Source: an uncultured Clostridia bacterium (lineage in GTDB: Bacteria > Bacillota > Clostridia > Christensenellales > CAG-138). Taken from it: a stretch of DNA of 64,000 nt. The stretch is taken from the NCBI GenBank assembly GCA_946631895.1, contig CAMPAN010000002.1, forward strand, positions 14,946 through 78,945. The letters run 5' to 3'. The translations under genes were made by a program, and so were the position numbers. Below the pieces are notes generated by a model. That model was given only the letters and a program-made list of their open reading frames with translations, did not search any database and was not told where the DNA came from. Below, one piece after another: positions 33,578-41,800 of the stretch (positions are counted from its first letter, which is position 1; each line of letters opens with the position of its first letter).

Positions 33578-34063
33578 ATGAAGAGGATATTTTTGGATAT
33601 GGACGGCGTGCTTTGCGAGTACCGCGCCGACGCAACGCTGGAGGACATGGAGCGCGACGGGTATTTTTTGGCGCTTCGTCCCAGAACGGACATGGTGGAC
33701 GCCGTGCGGAGTCTTGTCAAGAGTGGTAATTATGAGGTGTTCGTGCTGTCCGCCGTGCTTCCGCAGAAGGCGGAGGCGTCCGTGAACGAAAAGAACGACT
33801 GGCTCGACCGGTACCTTCCCGAGATCGATGCGGCGCACCGGCTGTTTCCGCTGTGCGGCACGAACAAGGCGGACGCGGTTCCGGATTTCTGCACGGACGA
33901 CATTCTGTTTGACGATCACTCCCCGAACCTCGAACGCTGGATCCAAAGCGGCGGCAGAGGCGTCAAGATCCTGAACGAGATCAACGGCGTTACGGGCAGC
34001 TTTCAAAAGGGTCCGCGCCTTCGGGTGAAAAGCCTCAACGACCTGCTGCTTGCGGTTACGTAA
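33578..34063 (+). CDS. HAD-superfamily 5'(3')-deoxyribonucleotidase-like (NT5C family)
   Basis: IFLDMDGVLCEY (DxDG nucleophile motif) and a late ILFDDHSPN motif. The size (~160 aa) is typical of the family. Confidence 0.6.
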   Translation: MKRIFLDMDGVLCEYRADATLEDMERDGYFLALRPRTDMVDAVRSLVKSGNYEVFVLSAVLPQKAEASVNEKNDWLDRYLPEIDAAHRLFPLCGTNKADAVPDFCTDDILFDDHSPNLERWIQSGGRGVKILNEINGVTGSFQKGPRLRVKSLNDLLLAVT

Positions 34064-34079
34064 AGAAAGGAGACGAAAG

Positions 34080-36089
34080 ATGCAGTTTTTCAGATATGAA
34101 GGATTTTTCCCGGAGGACGCCGAACAGCAGTACAGCGCCCGCAGTATGCGTGATCTTCTCAAAAAGCAGGCGATGAAGATCGACGCGTTTCTGCAGCCGA
34201 TCCGCCGCGAGGCGTTTCTTTGCGTCGGGGGTGTCGACGAGGACGGCGTCACGGTCGTTGCGCTTCTCAAAACGGGCGACGACGTGCAGCGGCTGATCGG
34301 GACGTATCTCGAAATGCTTGAATTCCCCGTTGAGAACGAACGCCTGGAGGAGATCACGCTGCACGTGGCTAAGGGCTTGCTCCAGAACGCGGCGCGCAGC
34401 GGATTCATCGAGGACGACGAGGACGTCCTCGAGCGGTTCGAGCTGCACCGGCTGAACGCCCGCTTCGGCAAGGGCATTCAGTTTTCCGAAAAGATGATCG
34501 AGCCGCGGATGAAGGACGCGATCTATCGGGAGGCGCAGCGGTATCTGTCCAACGAGACGCTGCTGCCTGAGCTCGACCGCATCTATGCGGGAAAGAGCGA
34601 CTCCCCGGCGACCGGACATCCCGTGCATTATCTCATCCGGACCGATTCCGCCGCGACCCGCAGGGGGCTCTGCGAGCTTCTGACGGAAGCGCTGTATGCA
34701 AATAAGCGCATTGCAAGCAGACGCTATTGCGCGATCGGTCTGAAGCCCGACGGCGATGTCTATCCGCCCGCGTACGATTCGCTGTACAAAAGCTGCATCG
34801 GCGGCGCGCTGGTCGTGCAGTTTGCCGGCAACGAGAATCCGGAGGACGAATACGCGTCCGAAAACCGGGAGATGCTCACGCTGCTTGCCAAGGAGATGAA
34901 GCGCTACCGGAACGAGGTGCTGACGATCTTCTGCCTCGAACGCGCATGCAATACGTCCAGGGCGATCCTTTATGAAAACCTCGGCACGGTCAGCATGATC
35001 GAGCTTGCGGAGGAGCTGGTCGACGCGTCGCGCGCGACGGAGCATCTCATAATGCTGGCGGCGGAAAACAACGTCAAGGCGGACGACGCCCTGCTTTCGA
35101 AAATCAAACCGGACAAGGGCTATCTTGCGCCGGAACTAAGCGAACTGTTTTCGGAATGGTACAACGCGCTTTTGAAAACCGACGTCTATCCGCAGTACCG
35201 CGAAATCGCGAGCGCCAAGGTCGAGGCGGTGAAGGAAGCGCCGAGGGGCTCGGCGTATGACGAGCTCACGGAGATGATCGGGCTTTCGGAAGCGAAACGC
35301 ATCATCAAAACGGCGATCGATTACCGAAAAGCGCAGAAGCTGTTTTCGGAAAAGGGCATGAAGGCGGAGCAGCTGTCCATGCACATGGTCTTTACGGGCA
35401 ACCCCGGCACGGCAAAGACGACGGTCGCGCGGCTCTTTGCGCGGATCATGCGGGAAAACGATCTGCTTGCGAAAGGTCACATCATCGAACTCGGGCGCGG
35501 GGATCTGGTCGGCAAATACGTCGGCTGGACCGCGCCGACGATCCAGAAGAGATTTCGCGAGGCAAAGGGCGGCGTGCTCTTCATCGACGAAGCGTATTCG
35601 CTCGTGGACGACCGGTCCGGCTCCTACGGGGACGAGGCGATCAACACGATCGTGCAGGAGATGGAGAATCACCGCGACGAGGTGGTCGTTATCTTTGCGG
35701 GATACCCCGACAAGATGGAGTGGTTTCTCAATAAAAACCCCGGTCTGCGCTCCCGCATCGCGTTTCACGTGCCGTTTGCGGATTACAGCACCGAGGAGCT
35801 TCAAAGGATCACGGCGCTGATCGCAAAAAAGAAGGGACTGACGCTGACCGACGGGGCGAAGGAAAAGCTCGAAGCCGTCTTCGACGCCGCGCGCACGGAA
35901 CCCGATTTCGGCAACGGCAGGTTCGTCCGCACCTTGATGGAGAAGGCGAAGATGGCGCAGGCGGCGCGTCTGCTTTCCGCGGGCTACGACGCGGTGAACG
36001 AATCGGATATTGCGACGATCACGGAAGCGGATATCATACAGATCGCGCCGAAGCCGAAAGCGGCGCCGAAGCGTGCGATCGGGTTCTGA
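34080..36089 (+). CDS. SpoVK/CbbX-type AAA+ ATPase with ~400-aa N-terminal extension
   Basis: ATG with an AAGGAG RBS. Walker A is FTGNPGTAKTTVARL and Walker B is GGVLFIDEAYSL. Also present: VIFAGYPDKM, NPGLRSRI (sensor-2 region) and FGNGRFVR. Confidence 0.8.
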   Translation: MQFFRYEGFFPEDAEQQYSARSMRDLLKKQAMKIDAFLQPIRREAFLCVGGVDEDGVTVVALLKTGDDVQRLIGTYLEMLEFPVENERLEEITLHVAKGLLQNAARSGFIEDDEDVLERFELHRLNARFGKGIQFSEKMIEPRMKDAIYREAQRYLSNETLLPELDRIYAGKSDSPATGHPVHYLIRTDSAATRRGLCELLTEALYANKRIASRRYCAIGLKPDGDVYPPAYDSLYKSCIGGALVVQFAGNENPEDEYASENREMLTLLAKEMKRYRNEVLTIFCLERACNTSRAILYENLGTVSMIELAEELVDASRATEHLIMLAAENNVKADDALLSKIKPDKGYLAPELSELFSEWYNALLKTDVYPQYREIASAKVEAVKEAPRGSAYDELTEMIGLSEAKRIIKTAIDYRKAQKLFSEKGMKAEQLSMHMVFTGNPGTAKTTVARLFARIMRENDLLAKGHIIELGRGDLVGKYVGWTAPTIQKRFREAKGGVLFIDEAYSLVDDRSGSYGDEAINTIVQEMENHRDEVVVIFAGYPDKMEWFLNKNPGLRSRIAFHVPFADYSTEELQRITALIAKKKGLTLTDGAKEKLEAVFDAARTEPDFGNGRFVRTLMEKAKMAQAARLLSAGYDAVNESDIATITEADIIQIAPKPKAAPKRAIGF

Positions 36090-36152
36090 TCCGCATGCAA
36101 ACAGCGGTATCAAGGTCCATCGGCAGACCGGTTCCGACCCCATTATGTCCGA

Positions 36153-36229
36153 ATTTTCGTACATAAAAAGTTTTCGCAAAAATCGATGAAAAAAAGTATG
36201 GATTTATGGTTTTTCAGTGTGTATACTGA
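36153..36229 (+). promoter_or_regulatory. Promoter/operator module, copy B (upstream of 36263)
   Basis: TCGTACATAA (36157-36166) ... TTTTCGCAAAAATCGATGAAAAAAAG ... TGGATT ... TGTATACT (36220-36227). Confidence 0.45.
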
Positions 36230-36262
36230 CGTCACTATCAAAATAAAGGAGATGGAAAAAGA

Positions 36263-37021
36263 ATGAAGAATGTTGAAAAAGTGAAGAATGAATTTGGGTT
36301 TGATTTTTCCGTATGCCAAAAAATGAGAGAGATAAGCCCCGCCGCGTACATCGCGTGGATGTTTGATCGCACCGAAAGCGACGGCACCCTTGTCGTTCCC
36401 GACTGGCCCGAGGACGGCAGCAGGAAGCCGGACAGCTTTTGCTTCTGCGAGATGCAGTGGACGGAAGCAGACCGTGACCGTGTGATCGCGGACGTCGAAG
36501 CGCTGATCGACATGCTTTCCGAGATCGCAAAAACGTATCGCGGTCTCAGCGCCGAAGACCGGAAAAAATGCGAGGATTTCCTCAGCGGGGATCTCCGTGC
36601 GGTCTGGGAAAAGTACCTCCGCCCGCTCAATCCTGACGTCTTTGACAGGGAGGTCATCCTCGATCTCTCCGAACGTCTTGAATGCATTCGGGAACGGGAG
36701 AAGCTGGAGCGCAAGGCAGGGCTCGGAACGCCTCTCACCGAAGCGGAGGAAGACAGTCTTCGCATCGTGGAAGACGTCACGCTTGAACCCGGCGAGCGCG
36801 AGGTCATCGACGCGTACAACCGCTTCGTGGAGGATCGTGCAGCTGAGCGCGTCGGCAAGGGACCCTTTGCGTGTCCGTTCGTGATCGCTGCATGGCGTCT
36901 CTGGCGTCTGATGACGTTCGGCGCCGAATTTATGATTCCCTACGAAGCCATGCGCCTTGCGCACACGATGACGCTCCATACCTTTGCAAAGAGCGCCGAC
37001 CGGTTCGAGCCCGTCAACTGA
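36263..37021 (+). CDS. Unknown-family protein, tandem paralog 1 of 4
   Basis: AAGGAG RBS. Blocks shared with the next three genes: SP.AYI.WMF.RTE..GTL.VP.W, W(T)EADRDR, LSEIAK.Y..LS and LS..L...W..YLRP. Confidence 0.6.
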   Translation: MKNVEKVKNEFGFDFSVCQKMREISPAAYIAWMFDRTESDGTLVVPDWPEDGSRKPDSFCFCEMQWTEADRDRVIADVEALIDMLSEIAKTYRGLSAEDRKKCEDFLSGDLRAVWEKYLRPLNPDVFDREVILDLSERLECIREREKLERKAGLGTPLTEAEEDSLRIVEDVTLEPGEREVIDAYNRFVEDRAAERVGKGPFACPFVIAAWRLWRLMTFGAEFMIPYEAMRLAHTMTLHTFAKSADRFEPVN

Positions 37022-37065
37022 CGGGCTCCGGACTATCGAAAAAATCATAGAAAGGAACCACGGAA

Positions 37066-37824
37066 ATGAATCACAGCACGAATGAGAAAAAGAATACAAA
37101 CTGGTTTGACGGTTCCGCGTACGACGGCGTCTGCAGCATGACGCCCGAAACCTATATCGACCGGATGTTTGCCCGCACCGAAAGCGGCGGCACGCTGATC
37201 GTTCCCGATTGGTCCGACGAGGGACCGCATCATTTCGAGCGCTGGCTTGTCTGCCGGATGTGTTGGACGGAAGACGAACGCGACGGCGCAAAGACGCTTT
37301 ATCAGACGATCTCGGACGCGCTTTCCGAAATCGCAAAGGTATATAAACGTCTGTCCGACGACGAGGGGGAGAATGCGAAGGTGCTTTCTCCCGCGCTCCT
37401 GGAGGATTGGCGCCGGTACGTCGCCGCGCCGGACATGCGCGATTTCGACGTTCGCCGGATCCGCGACATCCGCGAGCGTGCCGAGATCATCGAACGGTAT
37501 CAGCAGACGAAGATGCATAAGAAGCTCGGCTTGCCGCTCACGAAAGCCGGAGAAGCGTTCATGAGCGAGAACGCGGACGTCCGTCTGGAACCCGGCGAAT
37601 TTGACCTTCTCGACGCATACGAGACGCGTACGGAAGCCATTGCCTTTGAGCGCGTCGGCGAGGGTCCGATGGCGGAAACGCTGCTTCGCTGCACAAAGGA
37701 GCTCTGCCGCATGACGGCGCAGCACGCGCCGGATCTCTGCATCCGCTACGGCAGAATACGCCTTGCGCAGGCGCTGACCCTGCACACGATCGCCGCGTCT
37801 GTCGACCGGGTCGCGCTCGCCTGA
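37066..37824 (+). CDS. Unknown-family protein, tandem paralog 2 of 4
   Basis: Same conserved blocks (MTPETYIDRMFARTESGGTLIVPDW; WTEDERD; LSEIAKVYKRLSDDEGENAKVLSPALLEDWRRYV). Confidence 0.6.
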   Translation: MNHSTNEKKNTNWFDGSAYDGVCSMTPETYIDRMFARTESGGTLIVPDWSDEGPHHFERWLVCRMCWTEDERDGAKTLYQTISDALSEIAKVYKRLSDDEGENAKVLSPALLEDWRRYVAAPDMRDFDVRRIRDIRERAEIIERYQQTKMHKKLGLPLTKAGEAFMSENADVRLEPGEFDLLDAYETRTEAIAFERVGEGPMAETLLRCTKELCRMTAQHAPDLCIRYGRIRLAQALTLHTIAASVDRVALA

Positions 37825-37847
37825 TCTTTCTGAAGGAGGAAACCGTT

Positions 37848-38597
37848 ATGGAAAAACCCGCAAAAAAAACCCGTTCCGAAGCGATCCGCGCGCTCGGCGA
37901 TATGACGCCTTCCGCGTACATTGCCCGGATGTATGAACAGACCGACGGCGAGAACATGCTCGTCGTCCCGATGTGGGGCGCAAACGCATACAGCCATCCC
38001 GTGCCGCGCCTTTGCTTCCGCAACCGGATGCGCTGGACCGAGGCGGACCGCGACCGCATGATGGTCGTCTGCAACGTGCAGTTCGGCGCGCTGAAGGAGC
38101 TCAGTAAGCTGCGCGGCCGGCTTTCCGATTCCGAGGAGGAGAACGCAAAGATCCTCTCTCCCGATCTGCTGGACGTCTGGCGCGCCTATCTCCGTCCGTT
38201 CGACTGCTCCGCGTTCGATCGGGAACGGATCAAAGACATCGCCGCACGCACGGGGATCGTGCAGGAGATCGAGGATATCCGGCTTAGAACGGAACTCGGA
38301 CACAGAATAAACGATCTCGATTTCGATTTTCTGCGCGAAAACGAAGACGTCTCCGTCGAGCCGGACGAGGCGGCGTACTATGCTGCGTATGAAAACGCAC
38401 GCAAAGCGCAGGCGGAAGCGCGCGTGGGCAAAAGCCCGCTTGCGTCAGAGCTTGTGGCGTGCGCGAAAAACCTGTACCGCCTGCTTTGCGAAGGCGCGAA
38501 GGAAGACGCCGTCCGGTATGAAGCGATCCGCTTTGCCCAGACGATGGTGCTGCATTCCTGTTCCGAGACGTTTTCATCGACAGAACGCGCGGCATAA
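37848..38597 (+). CDS. Unknown-family protein, tandem paralog 3 of 4
   Basis: Same blocks (MTPSAYIARMYEQTDGENMLVVPMW; WTEADRDR; LSDSEEENAKILSPDLLDVWRAYLRP). Confidence 0.6.
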   Translation: MEKPAKKTRSEAIRALGDMTPSAYIARMYEQTDGENMLVVPMWGANAYSHPVPRLCFRNRMRWTEADRDRMMVVCNVQFGALKELSKLRGRLSDSEEENAKILSPDLLDVWRAYLRPFDCSAFDRERIKDIAARTGIVQEIEDIRLRTELGHRINDLDFDFLRENEDVSVEPDEAAYYAAYENARKAQAEARVGKSPLASELVACAKNLYRLLCEGAKEDAVRYEAIRFAQTMVLHSCSETFSSTERAA

Positions 38598-38636
38598 AGC
38601 GGCGGCCGCGCTTCTGCCGCAGCATCTTACGTACGA

Positions 38637-38713
38637 AAAATCGTACATAAATCGGTTTTCGCGAAATTGCCGGAAAAAACCATTACATTCGGGAATCGAA
38701 CGTTGTATACTTG
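38637..38713 (+). promoter_or_regulatory. Promoter/operator module, copy C (upstream of 38747)
   Basis: TCGTACATAA (38641-38650) ... TTTTCGCGAAATTGCCGGAAAAAAC ... TTACAT, 17 nt, then TGTATACT (38704-38711). The 63-nt spacing matches copy B. Confidence 0.45.
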
Positions 38714-38746
38714 CCGTACGAAAATCAAAAAAAGGAGATGAGTTGC

Positions 38747-39592
38747 ATGATAGGCTATGAAAGAGACGAAGATGTCATTCTGGACAATGAGTTTATCAAT
38801 GTTCGAACCCCTGCGGAGTATATCGAATTGATGTTTGAACGTACAAGGAAAGACGGTCTTTTGATCGAGCCGTTTTTCGGTGAAAAAGGCAGACTTCCCG
38901 GAACGGAATCCGGTGACAGATTTACCAAGGATCTCCGGTTTCAGCTCAGATGCATCATGAACTGGTCTCAAGCAGACTGTGCCCGTGTAAAAACGGAGTT
39001 TGAAGCACTCTATTGTGCACTTTCCGAGATCGCGAAACGATCCGACGGCACGACCGGTCTGGAGGAAGGGATCGAAAAACGGCTTTCTCCCGATCTTCTG
39101 AAGGTCTGGAACACCTATCTTCGCAGATTCCGGACGGAGTCCTTTGATCTCGGCAGGATCCTGGATATCGAAAACCGGTACGCTGCTTACAGGGAGACTG
39201 CGCTCGATGCATATGAAACAGCAAAGGACCTGCCCCTCGATCAATACATTGAACGGATGACGGAAGTGCTATCGGACGATCCCATGAGCGAGGAAGAAGA
39301 GAATGACCTGTTTGCATACGGAAAAATGCTTCGGGAGCAGGCGGCGCAGCGTCTGGGGAAAACACACATGGCATATGAGCTTGTGACACGTTCACAGCGT
39401 CTTTGTACCTATCTGTCTCTCCGGGCTCCCGAGCGTATCATTCAATATGAAGCACGTCGTGTTGCACAGGCGTTTGCCGTTTGTTCCTGTGCCGGGAAAT
39501 TTGAGGTGAGGCGGATCAATCCCGTTGCCGGGGAGGTTTTCACCTTTTCGGGCGTAGGAACGCTGAAGTACTTTCCGATACCGCCGGTATAA
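38747..39592 (+). CDS. Unknown-family protein, tandem paralog 4 of 4 (most divergent)
   Basis: The second ATG is 9 nt after GGAG. Blocks: RTPAEYIELMFERTRKDGLLIEP; WSQADCAR; LSEIAKRSDG; LSPDLLKVWNTYLRRF. Confidence 0.55.
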   Translation: MIGYERDEDVILDNEFINVRTPAEYIELMFERTRKDGLLIEPFFGEKGRLPGTESGDRFTKDLRFQLRCIMNWSQADCARVKTEFEALYCALSEIAKRSDGTTGLEEGIEKRLSPDLLKVWNTYLRRFRTESFDLGRILDIENRYAAYRETALDAYETAKDLPLDQYIERMTEVLSDDPMSEEEENDLFAYGKMLREQAAQRLGKTHMAYELVTRSQRLCTYLSLRAPERIIQYEARRVAQAFAVCSCAGKFEVRRINPVAGEVFTFSGVGTLKYFPIPPV

Positions 39593-39612
39593 CCAATCGA
39601 AAGGAGATCCAT

Positions 39613-41712
39613 ATGGAGAAAGAACTGTCTGTCAACAGAAACAACGCGGCGCAGAAGGTCCGCGACCGCTGCAAAGCGGCGCTCGAGGAGCGGTACGGCA
39701 GCCGCCCGGACGAACGGATCATCGAACGGCTGATCGAGGAGGATCGCGAGATCGAATTTGCGGAGGACGGCGAGAACCGGTGGCGGATGCTTCTGTCTGC
39801 GGCGAACGTTGCTGACGCGTGCCGCGCGCACGGCGTCCCGGTCTTTGCGCGGGGAAACCTCGGCGCTTCCTTCTTCGCGTATCTGCTCGGCGTTTCGGAA
39901 TGCAATCCGCTGCCGCCGCACACCGTTTGCCCAGTCTGCAAGACCGTGGAATTTGTCGATCCGAACGAGTTCCCGTCCGGCTTTGATCTGATGCGCTGCG
40001 GCGCCGCGCAGAAGACGTGCCCGACCTGCGGCGCGTCGCTTCTCGGCGACGGCTGCAACGTCCCCGCCGCGTCGCTGTTTGAGACCTGCAGGGGACCGCT
40101 GATCCCGGAGCTGGACGTGCCGGCGGAGGCGCTGCCGCTGATCCGCGAACGGACCGGCATGCCGCTGCATACGCTTCCGCTCACCATGCGCCCGAACAAA
40201 GCGCTGTCTGTGCTTTGGCGGATGCATGACGCATTAAAAGAGCCGTCAAAGCCCTTTGTTCCGGACGAGCAGGATGTGCGCCTTTTTGTCGGCGAGGGGA
40301 TGAACGGGTCTTTCGGGATCGGAAAGAGCCTGTTTCCGAAGGAGCTTCCGCCCACCGCGACGCCGGAAACCTTTTCCGAGCTTCTGACGCTCTATGGTCT
40401 TGTGTACGGCACGGGCACGATGGAGTTGAACAAGGAAAGGCTGTCCGATCCGGAGCATCCGCTTTCCGGCGTGATCGCATTCCGCGAGGATCTGCAGGAC
40501 CGGTTCGTGTCGCACGGCATGCCGTACCCGGCGGCGTACTTCCTTGCGGAGTTCATCGGAAAGGGAAAGGCGAAGAAGCATCCGGATTCCGACGCGCTTC
40601 GGTCGCTCTCTGAGCACGGTTATACGGCGAAAGCGGTCGAAGAACTGAAAACGATCGGGCGACTGTTCCCGAAGGCGCACGCGGTCAACCATCTGCTGCT
40701 GATGCTGCGCCTGCAGCGCGCGCGGGAGACGCATCCGGTCGAGTATTTCGCCGCGCAGCTGACGGTCCGTGCCCCAAAGGAGCCGGACGGCGCGTGCTTT
40801 ACGACGGAGCGCAAGCAGCTTGCCGATGCGATCGATTCCTGCGGCGACCCGGACGAAAAGGCGTATCTCGAAGCCGTGCTCGGCGCGCGTGACCGCGAGA
40901 TCGAATTCCTGCCCGCCGTTTCAGGACTGTCCGATCCCGCCGCGTTCCTGCCGGGCAAGGGCACGATCCGTCTGCCGCTGCGGCTATCCGGCGCGATCCG
41001 GATCGAGCGTCCGTTTTTCCGCCAGATCGCAGAGTTTACATGTCTGCGCCCGGACCCGGAGGAGCGGCAGACGCCGGCGTTTCCGATGGACGCGCTGTTT
41101 GAGACGCTGTCCGAAGGGCTGCATCTGATCGGCGGCAGACCCGGCATGGGTAAATCGACGCTGCTTCAGCACCTTGCCGCCGAGCTTGCCCGAAGCGGAA
41201 CGCCCGTGTATTACTACTCGCAGGAGCGCCTGAACGTGCGCTGCGCAAGGCGTTTGATGGCGCTGCTTCCGGAGGAGCTTGAGAACGTGCCGGTTTATCT
41301 TGCGGACAGTACTGCGGACCCGGACCTCTTTGCGCTGCTTCGCGCGGCGCGGCGCGAGATTTCAACCGGCGTGCTGATTCTCGACGGGCTGGAGCTCATG
41401 GTCGAAAACCGCAGCCCGTACCCGGCGGCAAATCCTTACAGCGAGGTTCATCTCCGCGAAGCCGCCGCCGCGACGGCGCTTGCGGAATTTGCAAAGCAGT
41501 GTCATCTGCCGGTCCTTGCCGCCGTGCCGCTCTCGCGCGACACCGAGCACCGCACGGACCACCGCCCCAAGCTTTCGGACGTGCGCTATCACCGCCGCTT
41601 TGTCGACGAAGCGGACACGGTCGTGCTGCTCTGGCGGGACAGTTATTACAGCGACGGCGGAGACCCTGCCATGAAATACCGGATCGTAAAGCGCAAAGAT
41701 TCACACGCCTGA
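39613..41712 (+). CDS. Degenerate PolC-type PHP-domain segment fused to DnaB-C/RecA-like ATPase
   Basis: The N-terminal ~430 aa align by eye with the PolC PHP region. Matches: ARGNLGASFFAYLLGVSECNPLPPHTVCPVCKTVEF...SGFDL...CPTCG..LLGDGCNVP vs [44 protein letters not shown].CG....DGHDIP; FIGKGKAKK vs VRKGKG; and LFPKAHAVNHLLLM vs MFPKAHAAAY. The C-terminus has IGGRPGMGKSTLL (Walker A), LILDGLELM, and the DnaB-like RPKLSDVRYHRRFVDEADTVVLLWRDSYY. Confidence 0.7.
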   Translation: MEKELSVNRNNAAQKVRDRCKAALEERYGSRPDERIIERLIEEDREIEFAEDGENRWRMLLSAANVADACRAHGVPVFARGNLGASFFAYLLGVSECNPLPPHTVCPVCKTVEFVDPNEFPSGFDLMRCGAAQKTCPTCGASLLGDGCNVPAASLFETCRGPLIPELDVPAEALPLIRERTGMPLHTLPLTMRPNKALSVLWRMHDALKEPSKPFVPDEQDVRLFVGEGMNGSFGIGKSLFPKELPPTATPETFSELLTLYGLVYGTGTMELNKERLSDPEHPLSGVIAFREDLQDRFVSHGMPYPAAYFLAEFIGKGKAKKHPDSDALRSLSEHGYTAKAVEELKTIGRLFPKAHAVNHLLLMLRLQRARETHPVEYFAAQLTVRAPKEPDGACFTTERKQLADAIDSCGDPDEKAYLEAVLGARDREIEFLPAVSGLSDPAAFLPGKGTIRLPLRLSGAIRIERPFFRQIAEFTCLRPDPEERQTPAFPMDALFETLSEGLHLIGGRPGMGKSTLLQHLAAELARSGTPVYYYSQERLNVRCARRLMALLPEELENVPVYLADSTADPDLFALLRAARREISTGVLILDGLELMVENRSPYPAANPYSEVHLREAAAATALAEFAKQCHLPVLAAVPLSRDTEHRTDHRPKLSDVRYHRRFVDEADTVVLLWRDSYYSDGGDPAMKYRIVKRKDSHA

Positions 41713-41737
41713 GGATCTGTAAATCCTTCGAAAACAG

Positions 41738-41772
41738 CATCCGCCCCCTTGCATGAAGGGGGCGGATGTTTT
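41738..41772. terminator. Strong bidirectional hairpin terminator between convergent operons
   Basis: 13-bp stem CATCCGCCCCCTT / AAGGGGGCGGATG with loop GCATG. It is flanked by A-run/T-run (AAAACAG ... TTTTCG). Confidence 0.7.
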
Positions 41773-41800
41773 CGTATGTTTTGCCTGCGGAGAACAGCGA

